A stretch of 64,000 nt of DNA from Polyangiaceae bacterium. GTDB lineage: Bacteria > Myxococcota_A > Polyangia > Polyangiales > Polyangiaceae. Under the pieces are notes generated by a model. That model did not search any database. It worked only from the letters and a program-made list of their open reading frames with translations, and had not been told where the DNA came from. Location: positions 32,001 through 96,000 of the forward strand of contig JBILLK010000003.1 in NCBI GenBank assembly GCA_044376115.1. Direction: 5' to 3'. Each line of letters starts with the position of its first letter. Positions within the stretch are counted from its first letter, which is position 1. Of this stretch, positions 52,805 to 62,255 are shown piece after piece. Both the position numbers and the translations under genes were made by a program.

Positions 52805-53809
52805 TCAGAGACCGCCGGCAGCCTCGATCGCCTTCACCAGGTCTGCGGAGAAGGTACCCTGCGCGAGCCGCTCCCGAACCTGCTTGAAGGTTGAGGTGAA
52901 AGCTTCTTTGCCGCTCGAGTCGAGATCGTAGGTCTTCAACTTCCCCGACAAGCGCGTGAAGGCAGCCTTATCCGCTTCCTTGATCTTCTCGGTCAAAGCG
53001 CCGGCAGCGAGCTTGCCCGTCGATTGAACGAGCTCACGAAGATCGCCAGGAAGCGCGTCCATCCGCTTGGAGCTGATGACGATGGCGCCGATGGCAGCCC
53101 CCGTCACGTCATTGCCCATCGAGTTGAGCTGACCTGCCCACTGCAGCTGCTCGACCGCGAGTGCCGGAGCAATCACGGTATCCACTGCGCCCGTCTTGAG
53201 GTTCGGCAACACCTCGGGAACGTTCAGACCGACCGGCGTCGCACCAATGATCTGGTAGGTGATCGGCGCGATCATGTCTTCTTTCCACATGTAGGGCTTG
53301 CGGCTCTTCAGGTCCGAAGGCTTCATCACGGTCGAGCCTTCACCCTTGGTGAAAACGTGGGCCAAGCCGACGAAACCCCAGCCGAGGTTCGTTGCTCCAG
53401 CATCACGAAGTCCCTTGTTGAACTCCTCACCCTTGGCGCCTAGCGCCTTGTCCACTTTACCCCAGTCGGTGAGGACGCCCGGCATCTGCATTGCGACGGT
53501 GGGCTTGTAGTACTTGCTCAAGCCAACAGCGGTCATCGCGGCGCCGTCGAGCTGGCCAGCCTTGATCTTGCCGACCATGGCGCCTTCATCACCGGCCGAA
53601 CCGTTGTAGTCGAACACTAGCTCCAGCTTGCCGTCGCTCTTCTTCGCGATGGCCTTCTCCCAAACCTGGAAGACCTGGCCCCACACGCTTTGCTTGGGAG
53701 CAAGCGTGGCGAACTTGATAGTTTCAGCCGAGGCTTCTTGAGAGGCACCAACCGTTGCGGCCAATACACCAAGGCCTGTGACGAGCGTTTTCACGAACTT
53801 CATGGACAA
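52805..53809 (-). CDS. TRAP transporter substrate-binding protein (DctP/TatP-like)
   Basis: Signal peptide, IKFATLAP..S.W, GDE..M..KI..GQLDG, EV.P.L.TG.VD; GGAGG RBS. Confidence 0.88.
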   Translation of the reverse strand: MSMKFVKTLVTGLGVLAATVGASQEASAETIKFATLAPKQSVWGQVFQVWEKAIAKKSDGKLELVFDYNGSAGDEGAMVGKIKAGQLDGAAMTAVGLSKYYKPTVAMQMPGVLTDWGKVDKALGAKGEEFNKGLRDAGATNLGWGFVGLAHVFTKGEGSTVMKPSDLKSRKPYMWKEDMIAPITYQIIGATPVGLNVPEVLPNLKTGAVDTVIAPALAVEQLQWAGQLNSMGNDVTGAAIGAIVISSKRMDALPGDLRELVQSTGKLAAGALTEKIKEADKAAFTRLSGKLKTYDLDSSGKEAFTSTFKQVRERLAQGTFSADLVKAIEAAGGL

Positions 53810-54063
53810 TCACCCTCCGTTCCCAACGGCTCCGCTATAGCGGAGCCAGCGCCCTGTGGGTAGGGCACGTGTGAATTAAATCCGCGCGGCTCACCCGCCC
53901 GGATCAATGTGAGTTGCCGCTTTGCGAAGACCGCTGGCGGCAGAAGGAATCAGCGCTTGGATTGACCCAGGTGCGCCGAGCAAACACGGCTTCCAAAGCA
54001 ACGGCCCGGAGCCAGCCATAAGACACTGCTGCGACGGGTCAGACGAGCGCCGCCTTACCTTAT

Positions 54064-55008
54064 TCAGCGCCGTGATTTGGGGTACCGAGCGGTGTTTCGA
54101 ACGAGCACTTCCGAGGTGGGCCCTCGCGTGGCGGTTTTCGATGAAATCGCCCGGGAAGCAGAGAGCGTGGTGATGTCGAATCCTCTATAGAGGTCATGCA
54201 CGGCTTCAGCATCGCTATTGGAGAGGGCGAGCAAACAACCCCGCCGATCCAATTCGCGAAACACCTCGGCCAGTCGAATCTGTTCATCTGAACCGAAGTG
54301 TCCGTTTGAGTAGGCAGCAAAGTTCGACGTCGGGCTGATCGGTACGTAGGGCGGGTCCAAGTAGATGACGTCTCCTGGCTCCGCGACTCGCAGGAGGTGC
54401 TCGAACGAGCGGTTCTCTACCGAGACGCCCGCGAGCGCGCGAGCCGCGGCGCGAAGCCTTGCTTCGTCGGCGATGGCTGGGTTTTGAAAGCGGCCCATCG
54501 GCACGTTGAACTCGCCAGCACGGTTGGTGCGGAACAGCCCGTTGAAGCAGGTCTTGTTGAGGTAGATGAGCCAGGCGGCCCGCTGCAGGCGCGAACCGCG
54601 GCTTGAGTTGAACTCGTCGCGGACCGCGTAGAAGTGCTCTTTTGAGTGGATGAGCTTCAGCTTGCGTAGAAGGCGAACCAGCGCGTCTGTCTCGTCGCGG
54701 ACCGTTTCATAGGTTGCAACGAGGTCGGTCAATTGGTCGCTCAGCACGAAGCGAGCCGCTTTGTGCTGATTGCGTAGCCAAAAGAACAAGGCTCCACCCC
54801 CGAGAAATGGCTCGCGATAGGTGCGAGTGGCCATATCCCGCGGCAACCGCTTGCCGATTTCCTCCGCCAGCGACCACTTCCCGCCAGCCCACTTCAAAAA
54901 GGGCTTCGACAGCAGCTCGGCCGGCTCGGGCGGATCTGGGGACTCGACAGCTGGCGCAGCCGGGGCGGGCAGTTTCCCCTTTCGGGTACGCTTTGCGGCT
55001 GGGGCCAT
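54064..55008 (-). CDS. dam: Dam-like (D12 class) N6-adenine DNA methyltransferase, orphan
   Basis: KPFLKWAGGK, EPF.GGG, YLNKTCFNGLFR.N..G.FNVP.G, YLDPPY, LSNS. Confidence 0.92.
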   Translation of the reverse strand: MAPAAKRTRKGKLPAPAAPAVESPDPPEPAELLSKPFLKWAGGKWSLAEEIGKRLPRDMATRTYREPFLGGGALFFWLRNQHKAARFVLSDQLTDLVATYETVRDETDALVRLLRKLKLIHSKEHFYAVRDEFNSSRGSRLQRAAWLIYLNKTCFNGLFRTNRAGEFNVPMGRFQNPAIADEARLRAAARALAGVSVENRSFEHLLRVAEPGDVIYLDPPYVPISPTSNFAAYSNGHFGSDEQIRLAEVFRELDRRGCLLALSNSDAEAVHDLYRGFDITTLSASRAISSKTATRGPTSEVLVRNTARYPKSRR

Positions 55009-55086
55009 CGAACGAGCGGTTTCGCAGGGGTCGCCGGGCGAAGCAAGCGCGATGTTCGACGGCAGCTGAACCCGCCCTCGGAACGG

Positions 55087-55467
55087 TCACCTCTTGGCGG
55101 CGCGCGTGCGCTGAATCGTAATCCGCTTGACCTCGGCCTCGCGGATGACGGTCAGGGTTACCGAAGTGCCCTCGGGTCCACGCAAGGATTGCTTGAGTTC
55201 AGCGTCGGAAAGCGCAGCAACGTGTTTCCCATCCACCATCAGGACCTCGTCGTTCACCTGAAGCCCGTCGGGGATAGGTTCTGGCACCTCTTTCACGAAC
55301 AGCTCCCCCGCATCGGTTGAACGCCTGAGCACAACCCCGATCGACCCCAGCTCCGGCGGAGCGCCGCTGCAGGCGGAAAGCCCGAGCAACAACAGGATCG
55401 CGAGAAGCTCCAAACACTTGTTGCGGCCTTGGCGACTCGGCCTGGGGCGGCTCACGGTTTCAACCAT
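55087..55467 (-). CDS. Small PDZ-domain lipoprotein
   Basis: Lipobox LSAC; GSIGVVL, GLQVNDEVLMVDG, LRGPEGTSVTLTVIR. Start uncertain. Confidence 0.8.
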   Translation of the reverse strand: MVETVSRPRPSRQGRNKCLELLAILLLLGLSACSGAPPELGSIGVVLRRSTDAGELFVKEVPEPIPDGLQVNDEVLMVDGKHVAALSDAELKQSLRGPEGTSVTLTVIREAEVKRITIQRTRAAKR

Positions 55468-55656
55468 CTGTACCATCCTCGAACGTTGCGCAACGGCGTC
55501 GGGTAGCACTTTGCACGCTCTGCGCGAACAGCTGCGCGCGGTGCGAAACGACCGCCGCGGCAAACGCCGCTCTCGGCTGTCGAACATTTGCCACCGCCCA
55601 GAGATTTCTGCTCTTGTCGCGGCCTCGTACTTGCTTCAACACGGCGTTGTCATCTT

Positions 55657-56604
55657 ATGGCCACCTTGCAGCCACAGCTTTCCTCCGCACTCGACCAAGC
55701 GTCCCCTCCTGCGGTAATCGCTGGCCCAAAGGGTTGGAAGCGCCGGCTGGAAGACCCATTCAATACCTACTACCGCTACCCGGTGGCTCTGGTGATCACG
55801 CGCCTGCTGATGCACACGCCGGTCACGCCCAACCAGGTTTCCCTCGTCCAGCCGCTGTTCGCCGCTGTGGCGGGTTACGCAGTCACCTTCGATGACTGGC
55901 GCTACCATGTCTTTGCCGTTGCAGTCTTCGAGGTGCGCAGCATCCTTGATTGTGTCGACGGCTCCCTAGCCCGAGCCAAGCGGCTATCGAGCCCCAACGG
56001 CCACGCCATTGATGGCATCGCTGACTGGCTCGGCGTGGTGTTCCTTTACTTGGGCTTGTTCCACTACCTCTATCACCACCCTCCGATGGGAGTTTCGTCG
56101 CTGGTGGCTGTGGGGGTTGCCGCAGCGGCGTTGGGGCAGGGCGCTATTCGGTCGGCCTCCTCGGACTACTTCAAGAGCAAGTACATCGGAATCTACGAGC
56201 GCCAGAAGGACGACGCGCCGACGATCTTGCGCGACAAGCTGCTCGCTCTGAAGCCCGGAGCACCCATCTTCGGTTACGCGGACGCCTTCATTCTATGGGG
56301 CACGCATCTGCTGTTTGAGCTCGAGCGCTTTGACGCCCAAAAGACGAAGCCGCTGAGTCCCGCTGCCGTTGCGCACATGGTGGAGCGCGAGGGGTCACTG
56401 CAGACGCGGGTGACAGCGTTCCTTTGGAGCATCTCGAGCGGTGACGCGTTTCTGTCCTTCGTGGTTGTGTCGATTCTGGTTGGGCAGATCTGGCCCGTTC
56501 AGGTGTTTTTCGCGAGCTTCGGCACGCTGTGGATCGGGCTGTTCATTCTGTACAACGTGCGCTTCTTACGTGCCCAACGGCGAGTTGACGCGTCGGCGGT
56601 CTGA
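55657..56604 (+). CDS. CDP-alcohol phosphatidyltransferase family protein
   Basis: VTPNQVS; signature DCVDGSLAR......NGHAIDGIAD. Confidence 0.92.
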   Translation: MATLQPQLSSALDQASPPAVIAGPKGWKRRLEDPFNTYYRYPVALVITRLLMHTPVTPNQVSLVQPLFAAVAGYAVTFDDWRYHVFAVAVFEVRSILDCVDGSLARAKRLSSPNGHAIDGIADWLGVVFLYLGLFHYLYHHPPMGVSSLVAVGVAAAALGQGAIRSASSDYFKSKYIGIYERQKDDAPTILRDKLLALKPGAPIFGYADAFILWGTHLLFELERFDAQKTKPLSPAAVAHMVEREGSLQTRVTAFLWSISSGDAFLSFVVVSILVGQIWPVQVFFASFGTLWIGLFILYNVRFLRAQRRVDASAV

Positions 56605-56642
56605 CCGTTGCAGAGCAACGCTGGCGACTGTAGGAAGCCCTG

Positions 56643-58670
56643 GTGTTGCTTGCTGAAGCGTCTTCGCGCAAAGAGCTGACGAGCCTGGAAACGGCGCTGC
56701 ACAGGGGCGCGTCGTTTCTCGTCTCACTGCAGCGTTTGGATGGTCATTGGCCGGGGGACTACGGTGGCCCCCTCTTTCTATTGCCGGGCTTGTTGATTGC
56801 GTGCGCGGTAACGGGAGCGCCGCTGAGCGATGAGCGTCGTGCGAGCATGCTCCGCTACCTCCGTCACGTACAGAACGCCGACGGCGGCTTCGGTCTTCAC
56901 ATCGAGTCCGAGTCCTACGTTCTGGGCACCGTGTTGAACTACGTGGCGATGCGCTTGGCCGGTGCTCCCGCGGAGGATCCTGATGCAACGCGTGCTCGGC
57001 GTTGGCTTCGTGACCGTGGCGGTGCTCGCGGCGTTCCTACCTGGGGCAAGATCTGGCTTTCGGTACTGGGCTGTTACGACTGGGAGGGCGTCATGCCCAT
57101 TCCACCGGAGTTGTGGCTACTTCCGCGCAGCATGCCGATTCACCCAGGGAAGCTGTGGTGCCATACGCGCGCCATCCACTTGCCGGTCAGCTACCTCTAC
57201 GGCAAGCGCTTCGTCGGCCCCATCAGTGAGACTGTGCGTGAGCTGCGCACGGAGTTGTTTGTCGAGCCCTACGGTTCGATCGATTGGGTCAACGCTCGGG
57301 AATTCGTGCATCCCGGCGATGTCTCCTCGCCCCACAGCGCGTTGCTCAAGACGATCAACCGCGCTCTCGCCGCGGCGGAGCGGCGGGTGCCGCAGGCCCT
57401 TCGTAAACGCGCGCTCGAGTTTGTCGCCGATCAGATCCAGCACGAGGATGAGACGACTGGCTACTTGGACATCGGGCCTGTAAGCAAGGCGTTTCACATT
57501 GTTTGTGCACACGTTGCAGCGCCTGGCTCGGCTCGCTTCCAACGTCACCTCGAGCGCATCGAGGACTACCTTTGGGACGCTCCGGAGGGCACAAAGATGC
57601 AGGGGTATAACGGCTCGCAGTTCTGGGATACGGCCTTTGCTGTTCACGCGCTCGTCGAGTCAGGCCTCGAGCAGGTGCACGCCGTCGCGCTCAACAGGGC
57701 GCACGCCTTCATCGACCAGAACCAAGTGCGCGCCGATATCGAGCGCCACGACTTCTACTTTCGAGACCGCACAGGGGGCGCCTTTCCTTTCTCGACGGCC
57801 GAACAAGGCTGGACGGTCAGCGACTGCACCGCGAAAGGCATTACGGCGTCTCTATTGCTCACGCCCCTGGTGGAACGGCCGCTTGGAGAAGCTCGGCTTG
57901 GGCAGGCCGTCGACGTCCTCTTGCGCGACCAAAACAAAGACGGAGGCTGGTCCGAGTACGAGCCAGCGCGAGCAGGCGAGTGGGTGGAACAGCTCAACGC
58001 CGCCGAGGTGTTTGGGCGCATCATGGTTGCGTACTCCTACGTCGAGACAACCTCGGCGTGCATTCAGGCCTTGGCCGCATTTCGTCGCAACTACCCAGCC
58101 AATCGTACGCACGAGATCCAGTCGGCGGTGCGGCGCGGTCTGGCCTACCTCCATGAGCAACAGCGTCCGGATGGCAGCTTCTACGGTGGATGGGGTGTTT
58201 GCTTTACCTATGCCACCTGGTTCGGCATCGAGGGGCTGCTAGCGGCAGGGGAATCAGCCGAGTCGCTCGCGGTCGTGCGCGCCGTGCAGTTCCTTCTTGA
58301 GCAACAAGCCGAGGATGGGGGCTTTGGCGAGAGTTACAAGTCGTGTGTGGAACGTCGCTGGGTTCCGCACCCCGATGGTTCTCAGGTCGTGCAGACCGCC
58401 TGGGCGCTTCTTGGGCTGAGCGCAGTTCGCCCGAAGCTGCGAACGAGCACCTTTGCGGATCATATTGATCGCGCGAGCGAGAGGGGTGCACACTTTCTAC
58501 GCAGCCGACAGCTGGCCAACGGTGATTGGCCCAATGAGGGAATCACCGGAGTCTTCAACAAGACCTGCATGATTCACTACGACAACTATCGACGTGTAAT
58601 GCCGGTTTGGGCGCTTGGTCGCTACCTCGCGACCAAGCGCTCCAGCTCAGCGTCGCACCCCGGCGGGTGA
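56643..58670 (+). CDS. Oxidosqualene cyclase (lanosterol/cycloartenol synthase family)
   Basis: DGHW..DYGGP.FLLPG, QN.DGG.GLH.E, PTWGK.WL, WCHTR, GYNGSQ.WDT.F, VSDCTA, QW repeats, G.FN..C.I.Y..YR. Confidence 0.93.
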   Translation: MLLAEASSRKELTSLETALHRGASFLVSLQRLDGHWPGDYGGPLFLLPGLLIACAVTGAPLSDERRASMLRYLRHVQNADGGFGLHIESESYVLGTVLNYVAMRLAGAPAEDPDATRARRWLRDRGGARGVPTWGKIWLSVLGCYDWEGVMPIPPELWLLPRSMPIHPGKLWCHTRAIHLPVSYLYGKRFVGPISETVRELRTELFVEPYGSIDWVNAREFVHPGDVSSPHSALLKTINRALAAAERRVPQALRKRALEFVADQIQHEDETTGYLDIGPVSKAFHIVCAHVAAPGSARFQRHLERIEDYLWDAPEGTKMQGYNGSQFWDTAFAVHALVESGLEQVHAVALNRAHAFIDQNQVRADIERHDFYFRDRTGGAFPFSTAEQGWTVSDCTAKGITASLLLTPLVERPLGEARLGQAVDVLLRDQNKDGGWSEYEPARAGEWVEQLNAAEVFGRIMVAYSYVETTSACIQALAAFRRNYPANRTHEIQSAVRRGLAYLHEQQRPDGSFYGGWGVCFTYATWFGIEGLLAAGESAESLAVVRAVQFLLEQQAEDGGFGESYKSCVERRWVPHPDGSQVVQTAWALLGLSAVRPKLRTSTFADHIDRASERGAHFLRSRQLANGDWPNEGITGVFNKTCMIHYDNYRRVMPVWALGRYLATKRSSSASHPGG

Positions 58671-58678
58671 GCCCAGCG

Positions 58679-60388
58679 TTAGCCGCGCAGCGCCTGGGCG
58701 ATGAGCTTCGGCAGCTTCAAAAGCGAGGGATGCGCCTCGAGTTCGCAGAGCGCCATCGCTGTCTTCGCCTGCGTCTTGTGGTCAGTGAACCAAAGTGGCG
58801 TCGGGTTCATCCTAAATGGAGCGCGGACAACTGACTTTTGCGGGTGGTCGAAGAGGTAAGCGTTGTGCACAACGCCTCTACCGCTCTGAATGTCGGTCAG
58901 AGTATGCCCGGGGAACGCGCCCCACGTCGTGACGACGAGCGCGTACAGCACTCCCGCAAAGGCGTTGATGGCGATACCGCCGTAGCGAAGGTCTGCGATG
59001 AGCTTCTCAAAGGCGTCAGCTTGCTGCTTCTGCGTCGCTTCGTCGCAGATGATCATGCACGACAAGGTCCCCCACATCACGTCATTGGCGAACGGGGCAG
59101 CTGCCTCGATGAACTCCTTCGCGTTAGCGGCTTCCAGCTCTACGAGCGCCAAAACGCCACAGAACGCTTCGTTGCTCAGCGCGTACTCACCTTTCGTCGG
59201 TGGGACTCCAGGAATCAGGGTCCACGGGACAACGCCCTCCGTTGCTGGCCCAACCTTGTCGGCGCTCGGGTAGTGATCGAGGAACGCCTGATAACGTTGC
59301 TCTGCGCCTGGGTAGTACGCCTTGCGCGGCGGCATGCTCGCTAGCTTCTCTCGGACCCGCGCGATGAAGGCGTCCTTCTGGTCCCAACCCTTCGCCACGA
59401 CGAGCACTTTCGCCGCATTGCAGTTGAAGCTCGCGTTGTTGCAGACCATCGAGGCGACGTTCCGCGCTTGGTAGTCCAAGTCCTTGTCTGTCCAACGGCC
59501 GGGCACCACGAGAACCGGCGTCACCGCCCCCAACTCGGAGCTGATCGGCTTGGTGATCAGCGGATCATTCGCTGCTTTGCGTCGCTGTTGCTCTTCGGCA
59601 TCTCGTCCCCAAACGATCGCATCGTGAGTGCGGTCTGAGCCAGTCATGTGAATCGTGTCCACCGAGGGATGGTTGACCAAGAAGCTGCCAACTTCGGCTC
59701 CACCGTGCACGACGGCAAAAACGCCCTCATCGATCAGAGGTCGCAACGCCTCTTCGATGTGCGGCCCAAGGTACGCGTTGACGGGGTTGGTCTTGAGGAT
59801 CACCACCTCATCCTCCGCAAACAGCTTGTAGAGCGCATCCATGGGTCCAATCGAAGCGACGTTCCCCGCGCCGAGGACGAGCGCCAACTTCCCATGCGTT
59901 GGATTCCCGAGGTTCTTTTCTCGGTAGATTTTGCCCTGGGTAGGGGCTTGGCCAGGCTCGATCCAAACCTCAGCCGTGACCCCGCCCATCATCAACTTGT
60001 CGAGGGTATTGGCGGGAAAAACCTGGGCCGCAACCTGGTCTTTGGCGACCGAACGGAGCGCGGCTGGCGGCGGACTTCCTCCGTAGCGGAGCGCCTCGAT
60101 CAGGGACCGTAGATTTTTGATCGTGGTTACCGGCCCGCCTAGCCATTCTTCTCCAGCCTGAGCTGAGTCCGAGGAGATTCCCTTGGCTTTACAGGCATCT
60201 TGGACCCAGGCCTCCCGAACGCGCATGGTGTGTTCGATGCAGCGCTCGAGCAGTTGGATGCGGTCTCCAACGCCCAGCTTGACCCAATCCTCCTTGGCAG
60301 AAGCCAGGACCTTGAGCTTCTTCTCCACCTCACTGAGGGGGGTCGGGGGTACGGCAGCGGGCGGTTCAGGAAATTGCGGGGACGCCAT
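58679..60388 (-). CDS. Aldehyde dehydrogenase family protein
   Basis: VLGAGN, HMTGS, SELG..TP (Glu), NASFNC (Cys), EAF. Confidence 0.85.
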   Translation of the reverse strand: MASPQFPEPPAAVPPTPLSEVEKKLKVLASAKEDWVKLGVGDRIQLLERCIEHTMRVREAWVQDACKAKGISSDSAQAGEEWLGGPVTTIKNLRSLIEALRYGGSPPPAALRSVAKDQVAAQVFPANTLDKLMMGGVTAEVWIEPGQAPTQGKIYREKNLGNPTHGKLALVLGAGNVASIGPMDALYKLFAEDEVVILKTNPVNAYLGPHIEEALRPLIDEGVFAVVHGGAEVGSFLVNHPSVDTIHMTGSDRTHDAIVWGRDAEEQQRRKAANDPLITKPISSELGAVTPVLVVPGRWTDKDLDYQARNVASMVCNNASFNCNAAKVLVVAKGWDQKDAFIARVREKLASMPPRKAYYPGAEQRYQAFLDHYPSADKVGPATEGVVPWTLIPGVPPTKGEYALSNEAFCGVLALVELEAANAKEFIEAAAPFANDVMWGTLSCMIICDEATQKQQADAFEKLIADLRYGGIAINAFAGVLYALVVTTWGAFPGHTLTDIQSGRGVVHNAYLFDHPQKSVVRAPFRMNPTPLWFTDHKTQAKTAMALCELEAHPSLLKLPKLIAQALRG

Positions 60389-60561
60389 GGCGGCGCAGCC
60401 TAGCAGCCCGCTCCACCTGAACAAACGCGGACAACCACGAGGGCGCCTCTGACGTTTTGTTAAGAATGGAAAAAAGCCGCCACCCGCAGCAAAGCAGCGC
60501 TAGAAAGAGAAACCCTTTTTCGGGGTCGGCCACCAGGCGGTGGCAAAGCTGGAGTGGAGTA

Positions 60562-62181
60562 ATGAACAAAGGCACGGCCATCGTTGGCTTTATTCTTTCG
60601 TTTCTGGCGGGGATGCTCCTCGTTTGGGGTATCGACCGCGGCTCGAACGGTACGGCATCTGCCACCCGTGAAAAGGGTGCGCAAGGGTCCGCTGTAGACG
60701 GCAAGGGAGCAAACCCGGGGGCAGTCGCAGTTGAACTCTACGTCATGTCACAGTGCCCCTACGGCGTTCAGGCCGAGGACGCGTTCAAGGCCGTTGTCGA
60801 CAAGTTCGGCGGCGACATCGACTTCAAGGTCGAGTTCATCGGCCAAGAGAAGGACGGCGTTCTCACTTCGATGCACGGTCCGAAGGAGGTCAAAGGCAAC
60901 CTCGTTCAGATCTGCGCAATGAAGCACGCCCCGGCAAAGTGGTACGACATGATGCTTTGCCAAAACAAGAACATGCGCGAGGTCGATACGAACTGGGAGG
61001 CCTGCTCTTCCACGCTCGGCATCAACGTCGAAGCGATTCGTACCTGCGCTGACGGTGAAGAAGGCAAGAGCCTACTCGCAACCTCCTTCAAGAAGGCTGC
61101 TGAGAAGGGCGCCCGCGGAAGCCCGACGATCATGATCGGTGGCAAGAAGCACGAGGGTGGCCGTCGCGCCCCCGACCTGATGAAGGCCATCTGCAACGCT
61201 TACACGGGCGCAAAGCCGGCTGCTTGCAGCGACATCCCGGAGTCGCCCAAGGTCAACGTCACGCTGCTCGGCGACAAGCGCTGCGCAGAGTGCGACACGA
61301 AGCGCATGGAGGGCCAGGTTCGCCAAAAGGTCGCGAACCCCGTGATCACCACGCTCGACTACACCACGCCCGAAGGCAAGAAGCTGTTCGACGCGATCAA
61401 GCCCGTCAACCTCCCCGCGATGGTGTTTGATGGCACGCTGGACGCCGACAAGGACGCTTCGACCGCACTGGCCCGTGGGCTCAAGCCCGTTGGCGACTAC
61501 AAGGTTCAGGCGGCTGGCGGTTGGAACCCCCTCTGCGCTGATGACGGCGGATGCAACCTCGAGGAGTGCAAGGCCACTCTCCAGTGTCGTCCGGAAGAGC
61601 CCAACAAGCTCGAGGTCTTCGTGATGTCTGAGTGTCCCTTCGGCGTGAAGGGCCTCGACGCAATGAAGGAGGTTCTCGAGAACTTCAAGAAGAACGACGC
61701 GAAGATCGATTTCCGCGTCAACTTCATTGGCGACGGCGACGCGTCGAGCCTCAAGTCAATGCACGGCCAGTCCGAAGTTGACGAGGACATTCGTGAAATC
61801 TGCGCGATCGAGCACTACGGCGAGAACCTGAAGTACATGGACTACATCTGGTGCCGTAACAAGAACATCAAGGACAAGAACTGGCAGTCCTGCACCGGTG
61901 GGGACACCGGCATTGACACCGCCGTGATCGAGAAGTGCTTCAGCGGTGACGAGGGCAAGAACCTGCTCGCGAAGTCGTTCGCCTACTCGAAGGCAGCTGG
62001 CTTCGGCGCCAGCCCGACCTGGCTCGCCAACGGCAAGTACAAGTTCTCCGGTATCGACCCGGAGACGGTCAAGACCAACGTGTGCAAGTACAACAAGCTC
62101 GGTGGCTGTGACGCCAAGCTCTCTGGCCCGCCCGCCGCGGCCCAGAAGCCGGGTGCAGCAGCTCCTGGCTGTGGTGGCTGA
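60562..62181 (+). CDS. Membrane-anchored protein with two GILT/DsbA-like thioredoxin-fold domains (CPYG, CPFG)
   Basis: N-terminal TM; two repeats of VMSxCPxG...SMHGxxEV...IC...W..C...EGK.LLA.SF...SPT; central CAEC. Confidence 0.75.
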   Translation: MNKGTAIVGFILSFLAGMLLVWGIDRGSNGTASATREKGAQGSAVDGKGANPGAVAVELYVMSQCPYGVQAEDAFKAVVDKFGGDIDFKVEFIGQEKDGVLTSMHGPKEVKGNLVQICAMKHAPAKWYDMMLCQNKNMREVDTNWEACSSTLGINVEAIRTCADGEEGKSLLATSFKKAAEKGARGSPTIMIGGKKHEGGRRAPDLMKAICNAYTGAKPAACSDIPESPKVNVTLLGDKRCAECDTKRMEGQVRQKVANPVITTLDYTTPEGKKLFDAIKPVNLPAMVFDGTLDADKDASTALARGLKPVGDYKVQAAGGWNPLCADDGGCNLEECKATLQCRPEEPNKLEVFVMSECPFGVKGLDAMKEVLENFKKNDAKIDFRVNFIGDGDASSLKSMHGQSEVDEDIREICAIEHYGENLKYMDYIWCRNKNIKDKNWQSCTGGDTGIDTAVIEKCFSGDEGKNLLAKSFAYSKAAGFGASPTWLANGKYKFSGIDPETVKTNVCKYNKLGGCDAKLSGPPAAAQKPGAAAPGCGG

Positions 62182-62199
62182 GCACCGTTCCACATAAGC

Positions 62200-62230
62200 A
62201 AAAAGGCCGCGTAAGCGGCCTTTTTCTTTT
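62200..62230. terminator. Bidirectional intrinsic terminator
   Basis: aaaaaggccgc-gtaa-gcggcctttttctttt between convergent transcription units. Confidence 0.9.
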
Positions 62231-62255
62231 CGAACCCTGTCGAAACCAGCGTTTG

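Noticed and set aside
56643..58670. Call as squalene-hopene cyclase
   Set aside because: It has DCTA rather than DxDD, plus OSC-specific WCH.R and GYNGSQ motifs.
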